Shown piece by piece: positions 40,301-53,902 of a DNA stretch of 64,000 bases. Position 1 is the first letter of the stretch; each line of letters begins with the position of its first letter. The notes below the pieces were generated by a model, which was not told where the DNA came from, did no database searches, and was given only the letters and a program-made list of their open reading frames with translations. Source of the DNA: Azolla caroliniana (Eukaryota; Plantae; Polypodiophyta); contig JBHGNT010000011.1 of assembly GCA_043228905.1 (NCBI GenBank), positions 21,700,001-21,764,000 on the forward strand. Direction: 5' to 3'. A program made the position numbers and the translations under genes.

Positions 40301-42339
40301 ATGGCAAGATCTATGGCAGCTCTATATCCAAAGGTCTTAGCTCACACCAAGGGATGCTCTTCCCCCAAAGATGCTCTACTGCAAAGATTATTCCATGAAA
40401 TTTTGAAAGGATGGATTCATACAGAGACTAAGGTAGATGGACGTCTAGGTGCCCCACGGTGCTCACACCAAGAGGCACCAAAAAACTGAGCTCGCACCAA
40501 GGGATGCACTTCCCCTAAAGATGGTCAAAGATGGTCTACGAAAGATTTTACAAATTATGTGAACGAGGAGAGATCAAAAGCAAGAAAGGTTTCGTGTGTA
40601 AGTGCCCAACTTTCAACCACATCAGGAAAAAGTATGCTACCCCATACACAAACTCCACCATTTAACAAGTGATGGAGAAGGCTGACCAACAATAGTTTGT
40701 CTAAATGTTGCTCAAACTTTGAAAGCCTAGGGAATCAACCCTTACATAAGCATGTGGGATGCAACGACAATTGCACATCATTGATTTCTCGCCTAGCTCC
40801 TTACGTCTAATAACAACGTGCCAAGGAGTCCTCATAGAGCAAGCAAAGGAATGTCATCGACAACGGAGACTGCAAACCTGAATATAAGGCACATCATATT
40901 GTTACAGGAGTATCCCCTAGCCTTAATTATGTAAGACTTAAGTACCTTATAATTGTCTCTCAAATTTTGGATTGTATAGATTGTTCTTTAGCCTTAAATG
41001 GTGTTTGACCTTTGGAATAAATGAGTGAGGGATCAATCACCCCTTAATGGCACAAAGAGCCAACTCATATAAAGTTTGTAGATGATTAATACAGCTATGC
41101 ACCTTATGCTTGTAAACCATCACATGCATTCAGATAATATTTCGGGAGCTTTAGGAAACCTAGAGCATTTATTTTTGTGCAATATAGATGCCATGAATCC
41201 ATCCGTGTCTGTAGTCATGATTTGCCTCATGGGTTAATTTTGGCCTCTAGTAGATGTTAATATTTCTTTCTTTCTTTCTTTCTTAATCAAGCCTTTCTCA
41301 GATCTTGATTCAAAAGCAAAATGCTCACGAAGTATAAACATTCTCAAGAGAGACTAAACAATGTTACGATGCCTTTCTTTGGCAAGAATGCCCCTGAAAT
41401 TTCAGCAATGATCGCATCCTTTCTTTTCTTGCTCTTCAATGACCTCTTCCCAAACAGTGGTCACAATATTTGTTACAAAAAGAGCCATGTGAACAGCTAG
41501 ACAACTATTCTAACAAATGATACATCATGACTCACAAAGCATCATTCCCAGCATACTATGGAGTATCAGAAGGTTGTATCAGCATGAGGACAGGGTCAGA
41601 AAAAGCCTCACCTTTGAAGAGATGCAGTCCTAGTGTAACTAGAGTACCATTCACCGAGGAGCTAATAAGCGTAGGGGAGCTTCATCGACATAGATGTGCT
41701 AGGTTGGCTGTTGAGTACTCGGGACAGCTGAATAGTGAGGATGATACTTAATGTTGGAAGGCACATATGGCATCAGGGTTTATATTATACGGCTTCAACT
41801 TTTCAACTAACTATGAGTTGAGTGTATTTTCAGTTGCACTATTCAAAATTTACCTTTCAATTTTGAAATGGAATGTAAACGGATAGATCCAAAATTTTCA
41901 GTTTTTTTCGAGTACAAAACCTTCGAATATTGAATGTGCAAGTCATTCCAATGAAATGTAGATGGAAGGTCTATTACCTTTTGATAAATACATAATTTTT
42001 CGTCAATTAACTAAAACTAGAGATAGAAAAATGAAAAACTCCACATTCATTTCTGCATTCAGAAGACGAATGAACAATTGAGAAATCATTAATGAAAAAA
42101 TTCACAAATTTTAGATAAAGGTTTATTATTATTCCCTGTTTTTTAAGTTTATTTTCTTCTTGCTTTTTCTTCGTTTCTTTTTCTTTGCTTATTCTTGTGT
42201 TTCTTGTTTTTCTTAACACTCTAAATCGTGATATGAAAGACTTATCAACTGAAATTATAGATGGAAAGCTAAATTCAATAGAAATAAGGCTAGGAGAGAA
42301 ATTCCAAGACTTACCTGACATCGGATTCTTGCATGCCAT
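29277..42339 (-). CDS. RSH1: RSH1-type RelA/SpoT homologue (HD, degenerate synthetase, TGS and ACT domains), about 849 aa
   Basis: 24 exons join into an open 2550-nt CDS: 42339-42315, 38030-37888, 37729-37604, 37093-37028, 36393-36301, 36163-36032, 35936-35835, 35461-35384, 34175-34104, 33848-33741, 33308-33211, 32609-32549, 32456-32394, 32315-32259, 32187-32086, 32009-31875, 31784-31653, 31548-31462, 31315-31244, 30803-30717, 30603-30111, 30016-29955, 29871-29803, 29363-29277. Motifs: [97 protein letters not shown]. The first exon is less certain than the rest. Confidence 0.93.
33367..33763. repeat. Perfect tandem array, 6 x 66 bp, spanning the RSH1 exon 10 / intron 10 junction
   Basis: The unit tacatataatcatcaaattaattgtcattattcctagcccttacctcaagtgcttcatcttcatgt starts at 33367, 33433, 33499, 33565, 33631 and 33697, with no spacers. 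Confidence 0.97.
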
Positions 42340-43099
42340 AGTTATTGATAATAAGATCAAAGACGAAGTATCAAATTACACAAAGATTCCATGAGAAAAT
42401 TTTATCTGTTTGAAATCTTCATCAATCTGAAACGAAAGAGAAGCCTCTTTGATTTTCCTTGTATACATGTAAACCTGGACTGGTGAAAAAGAAGAGGGGG
42501 AGGAGGAGGAGGAAAAGGGAAAAAAGTAAATATGTTCTGTTCGATTTTAGAGGATGAGAATTATGGAGTTTTCGGTGATGGAGAAACAAGAGCTTCGATA
42601 CTATGTGGCGATGGCGAGGTCTAGCTTAATCTTTCTGTTTCTCTCTCTATATATATATATCTCTGCAGTGGATATATTATCTCATTTTACTCCATTTGTT
42701 GTTTTCTTTTTTCTCCTTTTCTTATTCCTTTTTTTCATTTTTCATTTTTTTTTACGTTTTTCTTTTTCCCATTTCTTCCATTGCTTTTCTTTTTTATCTT
42801 CATTTTGCCACGAACACAACTTGTTTGGGAAATCAAAAAACACATACACGATCATTTCTCTAAATTCATCCGATCCGATAGATAGATAGATAAACCGACA
42901 AGAAGGTGTTTCGGGTGGCCGTAAACATCTTGAAGGTATTAATTCTAAAACTACTCGACCTTTAGGCAACTTCTCTCGGGACAAAGTGCCCCTAAAGCTT
43001 GATTGTAAGCATTGGCGAATCAATTTGGTGCCTTTTAACCTATGTGCATATTTTGGTACTCCATGGTGATGACCAAACAAGAACCTGACGTAGTCAAAA

Positions 43100-46000
43100 C
43101 CCCAATACCTGAGATGGTTAAACACTCCCTTTATATATGGGATTTGTAATGTCTTGGCTTCCTAAGTGACACCCCACTAGAAAGGCAACAAAAATATATC
43201 AATTAATCATGACCATAGTCATTCCTACATAACAACCCATGTGGCTTTAGCAACAAAGCATATAAGGAATTTGTGCCTAACATCATCCTCAGATACTACA
43301 TAAAAAAAACATGTTTTGTTCTAAAAATATTGGCGTTTTAAAACCAATGCCAACCATGAACCCCCCCCCCCCCCCCCCCCAACCCATTATTGCCAACCAC
43401 TTACACATGGAATGGAACATGAGTTTGTCCCACATCCAAGACTCATACCTCAAATAATGTCCCATGTAAGTGACATTGTCCCCACCCCACTGACCTTAGC
43501 TTTAATTGAGGAACGATATACATCGTAGCTATGCATTGCAAGTTTCATTTTCCCTATTGAATATCCAATATCTCCATGATTCGTTTGTCACTAGTTCCAA
43601 GACGTGAAGCATATAAGAATGTCTACTATGATTGTATCCAGAGGGTTTGGGAGGCAATAAAATAGTGTGTTGCTCAATTGCAAATTTAAGCGTCATCGTC
43701 TGACTACATTTAGACTTGGGACTTTCTTGTCCATTTTAATGCAAAAGTTGGTGGGTACATTTGACGGCATATATATCACTATATTTTCTGCACTCTTTAC
43801 TATTGCCACGTGGTCACACTCGAGCTTCATCAGCAAAGGAACATTAAGTTTTTGAGCCATAACAAAAACTGGAATCATTAAATGACCAAACGTTATCGAT
43901 CCCACAATGATTCAATCGTCTTTTTGCCATGGCAAGTCATTGTATGCACACTAGAAGTATCACTTTTTTTATTGAATAACCATTCTCTTCACCATATAAC
44001 TAAATTTGAGCAAGCACTTAATTGTCCATCTTAATGCAAGACTCATGTGGATAATGAGTAATTGAGTTACTGGATCATTACTATATTGTCAGCGTTTGAA
44101 CTATTGCCACACAATCATAGTTCAACTTCATTGTCAAGAGAACGCTAACTTTGAGCCATAACAAAAATTTATCATTTAGATGAATGAGCATTATCAACTG
44201 AGAACTCTTTGAGGCTTTGATTATTGTTTCACTATAGGAGATACTAATATTTTCCACAAAACAACATATTATATTTGCTCAAGTTTAGGTTCTTAAACAA
44301 GTAGCTTTAAAGATGATGAATCTTCAAGCAACCATGTGATCGTCCAAATTTAGTATGCTTTCTCCCCTAATGCTCAAGTTGGGTGCATATACAATACCAA
44401 GAAACCTAAGTCATGCCCCAAATTCACTCTATTGTCGATGATGTATACACTAGTCTCTAGTGGACAATACCATCAATTAGTTTTTTTACTTGTCCATGGT
44501 AACAATGGCAAAAAATAAGAAATGATGAGAATCATGATTGATTGTAGCATTTGGGAGTCGAGCAACAAATGGCCAATTTAGAGACTTCTAGCATATAATT
44601 TTTTCTAGGATCATACTCGAGGTCCATGGCAAGCTTTGCTAGAGATAAACACTCATAAAGTGATGTATATGGTGACAAACATTTCCTCGGTCTAATACTT
44701 TGCCATGTCATCCAAGATCGACCACATATGTCTTATTGCCTTAGATAACCATTTAATTACACATATTTATGTGCTTCATTGACACCAAGACAATAACACG
44801 TCACAAGGGAAGCAATGCATAACATTTTGCAGCAAAATCATTACAATACATAATGAATGAAACATTGGATTCTCCAAAATCTTGTTGCATGATTACATTT
44901 TCTACTTACGATTCTTTAACATAGTCCACAATCATTTTCCCATTGAAAATATTTTGGAAGGATGTATTTTACCTAAATAAATCCAAACTTCAAATGTGAA
45001 AAATAGGAAGTAGTGCCTATTGAAGCGGATTTGCTACTCCATGGCAAAATCAAATAGCATATAAGTTGCGTTTCAAAAAAATAGTGCTCACCCATTGAGA
45101 GATTCTCACACTTCACTAAAACCCATGCTCTCACCATAAACTATATTTGGCTTTGGAGAATACAAATAGACAAATATCACATTCTCTTTTGGAGATGGAT
45201 TATTTTTAATTCTATAATTTTCTTGCTATTTAATACTCTCTAGTCATCATTTCTTTATTAAATATTCAAGACATTTATTCCAAAACATATTGCAAACTTC
45301 CTGGGTAAGTAAATTAGCTCTTCACAATTTAGGAGGAAATTAAACTTCTTATGTACATAATTTTCCATTAGGTAATTAGGTCACGTGTATGACGTGACAA
45401 AGTGAACACCTCTTCTCTTTGAGGAATGTACATGCAAGGCGTATTTTACCTATGTACTCTATCAAGATGAAAACCCAGTTGTTTGGTTTTTGGGTTCCAA
45501 ATGTCCCATTAGTGTTCTCTTGAAGAGGATAAAACATCATCATCATCTTTGTGGGAATACACTATCTCATTTCCTTTTAAAATTTTTGTGAACATTCCTC
45601 CTCCACTCATTGTTTTATGCTTTTGTTTTCATTTATGGATATTCTCTCTAAATAGTTTTTTGTGATTGTGTGGCACATGTGTGTATCCTAGGTAATTAGT
45701 AATGACAACCTTTGAAGGCTATCATCCATAAGGTTAGATGGAAGCCTTCGTAATTAAGGGGCTCAATTGATATATTTTCTGTATCCTTATGTTAATGCTT
45801 ATCATTAACCTCAAAGGAATGATGCTTAAAGGAAAAATATCAAGACTATTTAATCTTATTGCCACTCGTTATTGTAACTAATAATATATTTGGAAAAATA
45901 TTCCCACGATTTTTATGGAAAGGGATATTGTGACTACTTAATCTTATTGGACTCATTGTTGTAGGCTTGTAGCTAATTATTGTGTACAGTCGGATACTAC

Positions 46001-48200
46001 TCAAGACTATATTGACATTTGACATGCATACTAGATTAATTACTTCTACGTTCCCTTTCTTTATGAAAGAATAATTTACTTCCATAATTCCAATAAACAC
46101 CCCATTGGTAATACGATGCATGATCATTATGTAAAGAAATGTGGAAGCTCTATCAAGGATTATTAAGCCAAAGAAGAAAATAGAAGTGGTCTGTGTGTGT
46201 GGAGAGAAAAAATACACAAGGCAATATTGTAATGAAAGATTTAATTTCTTTAATTATCACCTATGTTTTCTATCAATATTATACCAATGGCACATCCATG
46301 GGCCAAAACTGAGAAGAAACAAAAAGGAGATAAACTTCTTCATACCTAGGTATTTGAAGATGAATGATCAACAATAGCCAAGTTGACCTCATCCTTTGCT
46401 CTGCACCTTCAGGCTTCAACCAACACGGTCATGGACACAACATCCTCATTGACGATGGTTGGAGTGATGGAAGGCAACAAGGGGGAGCTCCCTCATTTGG
46501 AATATGTTGACTACAAGCAAGAAAGGAGAAAGTGTTGGAGGAGCTTCCGCAATGCTGGTGATCTCATGTCAATTGTTGGACCTCATTGGTCACATTCACG
46601 ACCAACTCATCATAAGTTTGTTCAATATCATTCCTTATCTCAACAATTGGTTCCACATCCAATAATATATGTCTTCTTGCATTATAAATTGAACATGTAT
46701 ATCCCAATCAACCCAAAGTAGTTGTAGTCCAACCACCTCCATAGTCATTCCCGTCACAATGTTTGTGACATCTTGTAGTTGATCTACCATAAAATGAGAG
46801 GGTTTGGTCTTTGAGTTTGTTTGTCATAACATCCTTCAACATCAATGTCATTGTATTTTGGTCTTGAGTGAGGTCAAAAGTTTATGCATATATGTCATTG
46901 TTGTCTCGAAAAGGGAACCTATTCTCACATGCAAAGGTGCTCCTACAATAAATTAATGAACCATTGCATGTTGTTTGTGGTACCACCAAACAAATGACGC
47001 AATTGGCTCGTGGTGCGCAACCATTTGGATACCCAAACATTATCTATCACGGTTATACCTTTGGTGATGATGGTCTTATCATAGGACTAAATGAGCTTCT
47101 CCTTGGTGTCAACAAGGGCATCCCATTGGTTTAGAGTTGTTCCTCTCTCACCTCATAATGGATCACAACAGTGGTGAGGGACTATCGGATTGTTTCTAGT
47201 TCACATTCAACTTCGCTATCTTTTTATACATCGTTAGTCATTCTTCAACTTCAAGTTTACTATCATGATTCTCAATCTTCCAAAGCTTGTTAAATGTGTC
47301 CAATTGCACATGATGTTTCTTGATAATTCTGAGAGTAACCATGGTACATCATGGCTAATTGATACAATGTTGGGACTCAAGCTAGTCAATATGTGCTTAG
47401 GAAACAATAAATGTTATCATTTGCCAAGACTATCTTATCACATCCATTAGCTTAGTTACAGGAGAACTAGAATGTTCCTTGCAAGATTTCACCTTATTCA
47501 TGAGTCATGAACAATTGGTGTATCCACTAACTTGTATTGGATTTTTTGAGGTTGCTTGTTCTAGACACAACCGTGCATATCACTCCTAAAGTTATTTTTC
47601 ATGGTTTAAGGATATGATAATCAGGAAGCTAGTTATCCTAAAACATGGGACAAACCCATAGTGACTTATGAGACATGGGAACACATTGTATATGAGAGCC
47701 TTAGGTCTTGGGCTATAGAAAGAGAACTAGCTAACCTATTTCTTGTGACACCTTAAAACATTGTTCAAACTTTATTGACGAGGCTAAGCTATTTTCTTTG
47801 GATGTGTTATTCAACTGCCAATGCATAACATAAGTCATTCATGTTGTATGGGGCACAAATGACATTTTATGTTTTTCTCATATCCTTTGCTCGAGGGTGG
47901 TTGGTGGGACTATGCACCCTTAATCCATTCTATCTATGTTGTCTACATCGACGACAATGAGTATATAATGACATGGATTTCTTGTCATAACAATGCATGT
48001 TTTGTGTGCATGTAGATGGGTACAACAACCAATGAATCTAGTGTAGGAAGTATTACGAAAAAAAAGATGGTGACCAAAAGAATAAGAGATTAATGAGAAT
48101 AATCGGTAAAGGGTGCCTCGACCACATTGACCATCTCTGAGTGATGAACATGAGACAAACACAAAACACCATTGGTGTCCCATACCATAAAATATTCCCT
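43100..48200. mobile_element. Highly decayed retroelement-like sequence
   Basis: Only faint peptide traces are visible: RNase H-like WDFLVHF at about 43718 (+) and integrase-like text at about 44400-44560 (+) and 47000-47050 (-). There are no long ORFs and the boundaries are uncertain. Confidence 0.3.
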
Positions 48201-49965
48201 TATGTTATTATTACCTTGGTTGTTCCATAACATATTCAAAGCTTACCCTCACAATTAGAATTTTGATAACGTCTCAATGTGTCATATTATAGGGGTTAGC
48301 TAGTCCCCTTTCCATAGCTCCTAGATACCACATGTTCCTAGGTGTGATAGGTCCTTTTCGGTTTGTCCCAATACTTAGGATAATAGGTTTCCCGACTATC
48401 CTACCCCTACACTATTAATTTTAGTTATACAATTGGTTCTCAAGATTATGCTTGTAGCAAGAAGCATCATGGGATGCTCTCTATTTCTTTGGCACTTTGT
48501 ATCAACTTCGTAACTTCTATTATTCCTACTCTCGCTTCCTCGCTTTTACTAATGCCCTAGCCACCTACTGTCGGTGGAAACGGTCAATTATGGGGGGACG
48601 GAGGATTGATGGTGCTCTAAAATATGTCGGCTGCTCTTGTATGCTTTTACAACGGAGCTTTGTCTAGCATTTTCAACAACAATGCAAGAAGCATTATTCA
48701 CATTAGCCTTCTTCCATCTATGCTTGGTTATGTTATGTTGTCTCACTTATTCACGAGCCTCCATCCCAATGAAGGGAGCTATGTGCCTTTTGATGTCATA
48801 TGTATACTTGGAACATATCTTCTATACTAATCCCAATGAATCTTCTGTTGGATCCTTATAATTAGTGTCTATCTAGCAACCATAATGGTGTTGAAATGAC
48901 CTAATTGATGTCATAACAAACTCCATATTTGGGAATGAGGGACAACTCTATATTGGTCCCAATGAAGAGGGGTTACATTGACCTCGTGGTTGATGCCCAT
49001 TGGGTAGGATTTACTCACAATGGGTTGTTGGGTGAAGGTTGTAGTTAAAATTGACGCATTGTATCTGCGATGGGAGTTCTTGGATGCGTGATTGATGTTA
49101 ATTCACATGGTGCCTACATGACATGGTAGAATCGATAGACTTCCTTTGAGGGTAGTCCTTGGGTGAGTTACTGCATGTTGAAGAGCGTTGATCCATATGA
49201 ATAATAATTAGGGAGGTTAGTTATTCAAAATTGTATTGTTTTAACTAGTATAAAAACATGGCGCCTAGATTTATTATGGTGTACAAGAAGCATCAATGAC
49301 GACCGCATCGATGAAACAACAAATTATGCATAAGAGGGGTAGTTGTGATATTATCATTGAGAGTAAAAAGATGGGGTATACAAGATGGCCATCTAACTCT
49401 ATTGTAGTTGATGAGAAGCAATAGTGGTCATCATCACGATGATGAAGAGACAAGTTCATAGAAGAGTTGTTTAATTTTACTACTACATATTTGAAGGTTA
49501 AAGGTGAGGTCCGAAACCTAGGACATATGAGTTGATAAGAGAAATTTAACCTTCGTCATCTCATTGGGGAGGGAGCGGGTCGATCCACATGCCCTTGGGT
49601 TTCTTCCTCACGAAAGCAAGTTTGCTCGCTTTTTAGAGAGAATGAGAGAATCAAGGTTTAGAATGGAGGGGTATCCGGTGGAAATCTGAGAACCACATGG
49701 GGGTTATATATATGTATATGGGAGGGGTATTTTTGTACATACATATATAATTTCCTCGCAGAACATGAAGGGAAAAGAGTGATGGGTGTTCTTCTGTGAT
49801 GTAATATATAATATACATACTGTATATGTACATAATAACCTAAAGGCTACATCTCCTACTCTCTCTCGATCCATCCATACGTATGTAAAGTCTCTTCAAC
49901 CTTTCCTTTCTTCTGAAGTATTTGGATTGCTGCGATGAAGATGGAGCTCCTCTGAAGTCTCTAAC

Positions 49966-50037
49966 ATGGTATGCACTCAAGAGTGGCAGAGAGGGAGAGG
50001 GTGAGAGATTAATCGATTTTAGTTTTGGAAGAACAGG

Positions 50038-50122
<85 letters not shown>

Positions 50123-53100
50123 TTTGTATCTCAGTTGGTAAGGCTGTCCAGCCGGGACCTGAAAGTGTCGTGTTGAACCCACTACATTCTGCGGTGGCAT
50201 CTAGTAAAGCAGTGTATATAGTGAGTTTTGAACCTTGGTACACGGGCTAATAAATCCTTGGCTTGCCAGTAGGGTATAGCCCAGAGAGAGAGAGAGAGAG
50301 AGGAAGAGAGAGAGAATCTTCCAATATGGATTTATTTGTATAGAATTGTTGTTATTTTGTTTTTAAGGGATTTCCTAATACATATAATATAAGCAACTTA
50401 TTAATACAAACACTTGTTTCCCTCATTTCATATGGTTTGCATAAAAAAGAAGGCGGATTCTCTTCAGCAAAAAACCTTTAAGAAGCTTAATGGCCCTAAA
50501 AAAGTTGGTTCCAAAAAAGATGTTTTGTTCTTTTGCCAAATATTGATGACATTAAAGAACAATTCTTAAATTTCTTGATTAATGTTTATGAGCCTAGGAA
50601 GCCGTTTCTAGTAATGATTTGATGTTTTGCGGAATGTGTAGGGACGAGGGATTGGGAGACTCAGTTATTATGTAATCAAATCCATTCAGAGACCCTTAAA
50701 TTATCGCCATTGCAATTCAGTTGTAAAATACCACTATTTTCATTCCGGTGTAAATTCAATAGTTGATCAGAGTTTGCTGAAAAATGTGTGCTTGCATCCA
50801 CTCAATGATCGAACAACAACTAATTGGTTGATATCGAGCCAAAAAAAATTGCTTCATTCTAAGATTTCATCTCATGGCTCGGTTAAATTGTATACTACCC
50901 AGTCACCTAGTCAGCGTGCCAAAAAAAAGGTATGGTTCTCTGAATCTTCTTCATGTCATACTTCATTAAGCTTGATCACACAAGTTATTGTTTAGCTAGA
51001 GAAATCTGGATTAACTATGGCTGCTTTAAGCCTTGTTACCCATGAAATAACTTTGTTAGAGCCTATATATTTTTCTTTCATCTATTAAGTTTCAGCACTT
51101 AGATGGTTTTTTGAAAGCAATCATTGTGCCTGGAATTGCAAATACCTATTGGGAGTCAGATTACTTGTGGTTTTTATTTCGAATATTATGATATATGTAA
51201 TAGGCATTTTGTGAAGCGACGATCGGTTGCATGTATTTATGAGTTTGTGAGGAAATCTTTTCCTTTATCTCATTAAGATTGATAATTTCGAAGCACTCAT
51301 TGACCATGAAATTTAAAGTTGCTATATATAATTTTCTTTTTCTCATTACACTTGAGCCTTTAGAACCCATTTTCACTATACATAGACGTTAAATCTGGCA
51401 CAGAATATGAGATAATTTGCTGAATTGAATGCTTAACCTGACAGTTTTTGTGTCATTAACTAAATTAGTAGAACTCATGCAAAAACTTTATGGTATATGC
51501 TCATAAGACACATTCTTTCTTGATCTTGAAAACATTTATGTCTATACATGTATTTCTGCAGGCTGCAAGGTCAGATATTGCTACACAAGACGAAGATCCT
51601 TTTGATTCTCTCACAGACAAGATACCTCAAAAACCTGTCACGTTTGTTGAAGGTGCTTCATACAGCTTCATCATTCTTGTTGGTTTTGCAGTTGCTGGGT
51701 TTGCCGCGTATGGAGTATTCAAGGAGCTAATCTTTGAACCCAAAGAGTGAGTTTTGTTTGTTGATCTTATGAGTATCGGTTTGATATTGCTACTTGGGTG
51801 TTTAACCAATTGCATATTACATGTTTCAGGTATAAAGTCTTTAACAAAGCATTGCATAGGGTTCAGAATGATAATCAGGTGAGCATGCAATATTTTTCTG
51901 AACATGTTTTCTTCTAATTATTTAACATAATGATGTTTTTGTATAGGTGACTGTACGAATTGGCTCTCCTATAACTGGATATGGACAAGATACACGGAAT
52001 CGTGCAGCAAGACAACATATTCCTCATCGTGCATGGTCAGATGAAGATGGAGTTCAACGAGTTGAGGTAGGGGAGACATATCCGTGGTTACTAAATCATA
52101 ATGTTTTTCCTTATGCCTTTTGTTTATTGGTTGGTATATCGTGAGATTTTAATATATCTTGTTCTGCTCCAAAATCCTTGTTTTTGGGTGTACTCCTAGA
52201 TGAGTAAATCTATCCATGGGAAATGGAAAAAACTACAATCATGGACAGTAATATCGCATCCATACAAAAGCAAAAACGCATAGAGGTTTCTTGTGAGGAT
52301 TTTAAAACTGCCTCGATACTATTAAGGATTATTGGGCAAGCTAGAGTGGCACAGTATGAATGGTTGTTCTAGGTAAATCCAAAGTAGGTCTATTATGGAT
52401 TGAAACGTGAAGATGGGAATGCTAGTATATACTACAGAGTGAAACTAAAACCTGCATGGCTTGTAGCTCTCTTTCTGCGTCAATTGGTCCATCTGTTGAA
52501 CTCATACTCTAGAAGTAACCCATAAAGCTTGGTGCTATTGTGCATAGTCATAGAATCATGTAATTTATCTCGTTGATGTTCCGTGAGATCATTCCCTTGC
52601 CTTCAAGATAGGTACAATGGGCAATTCTTGATCCTCATCTTTTGGAGGCTCTCAATAATTGTATAGTTAAAAGAACAGTTGTGACGATCAGTTCTAAAAT
52701 ATCTGTGCATGGGGCAGGTGTTCTTCCACTATTGATCATGTGCATCACCCCGTATATGTATTGCGTGCATGATTCTTCTCCTGAATTGGCGAATAGCATA
52801 TAATGTGGAAACTGTGAATGTGTGGCTACCACCTATACCATCTTTAAGTTTTAACCTCTCAGATTGAGGTATGTCATGGACTTTTGATATTATTCATCAT
52901 CCCAGATAATTCAGGTGGACCCTATTTTTACTAAATGGAGACATCTTATACAGAAAAGCTTGGTAAGCACAAATTATGGTTGCAAAGGGTTACAAACTCC
53001 TATGTTATTGACTGTTTTAGGGTTTAGGGTTTAGGGTTACAATCTTCTTTTATTCTCCTTCACTATTAGACCATGTGCATGCATGATTCTTCCCCTGAAC

Positions 53101-53902
53101 AAGTGAATGGCGTGTAATGGAGACTTTGTGACTGGATACCTCGTAGACCACCTTTAAGTTTTTAACCTCTCAGATTGAGGTCATCCCAGATAATTTGGGG
53201 ATGCACTTGTGATCTATTCATTATTTTTTACCCTATTTTTACTAAATGGGAACATATTAGAAAGAAAGGCTTGGTAGACACAAATGATTGTTGCAAAGAA
53301 TTCAGAAATTCCCATGCCATTCTCTTCAGTATTAAACAGCCTTCTATCACTTTTGATGCCAAAAGAATCATTGCTTTCTATCTTTTATTACTCTTACGAA
53401 CTTTTATGTTGTGAATGCCTTGATGCGAACTGTTTGTGCTCATCCTACTCCATTTTGCTCTCTTATTTACTTTTCTGAACATTTACCTGTGCTTACCATT
53501 TCCACTTCTGGCATGCTTGTTTTACAAGATATTTTACCCTACCTTTTTTATATTTACAAGAATGCCCCCAAAACTTTTGAAAACTGATCAGAACACCCTA
53601 AACCCCCTACCCCCTCTGACCTTTATGACGGGACGAGTATTCCAGTAAAAGAGAAATGGAAACTTTGGTAACTCGGTTGCTACTGTGGTTTAATTCTTAT
53701 TTATTTCAAAGTATGTCATTATAAACTGTGTTTTATTTTACAGGTTCAGTTTTATGTGCGTGGCCCACATGGATATGGACAAGTTCATTCAGAGATGTTC
53801 AAGGATAGAGAAGATAAGCAGTGGAAGTTCACATACTTAATCGTTGACATTGTTGCCCCATCACCCACTCGGTTGATGCTAGAGTCATATGTTCCTGCTT
53901 GA
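49966..53902 (+). CDS. TIM21: Mitochondrial inner membrane translocase subunit TIM21, about 267 aa
   Basis: Firm exons 51562-51746, 51830-51878, 51947-52066 and 53744-53902 encode [14 protein letters not shown], a TM segment, [42 protein letters not shown] and LMLESYVPA*. Inferred 5' exons are 49966-49968 (ATG|gtatgc) and 50642-50929 (open, basic and Ser-rich, presequence-like). Confidence 0.88.
50121..50282. mobile_element. tRNA-derived short element between two (GA)n tracts, in the inferred TIM21 intron 1
   Basis: gtatctcagttggtaagg...ttgaacccactacattctgcggtggcatctagt...ttttgaacc..cttgccagtagggtatagc aligns with the reverse complement of 13192-13399. (GA)n tracts lie at 50041-50120 and 50283-50314. 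Confidence 0.75.
53016..53036 (+). repeat. Interstitial plant telomere motif (TTTAGGG)3
   Basis: tttagggtttagggtttaggg read directly from the sequence. Confidence 0.85.

Noticed and set aside
14986-42339. A single fused or fragmented RSH gene, or bacterial contamination
   Set aside because: Each gene has its own start, stop and full HD and synthetase regions, with many spliceosomal introns.
43361-43380. C20 run as a regulatory G-quadruplex
   Set aside because: It is a homopolymer inside decayed repeat sequence, its length is unreliable, and there is no functional evidence.
49922-50243. ORFs with poly-RE or poly-SL (also 13310-13749)
   Set aside because: These are translations of (GA)n microsatellites.
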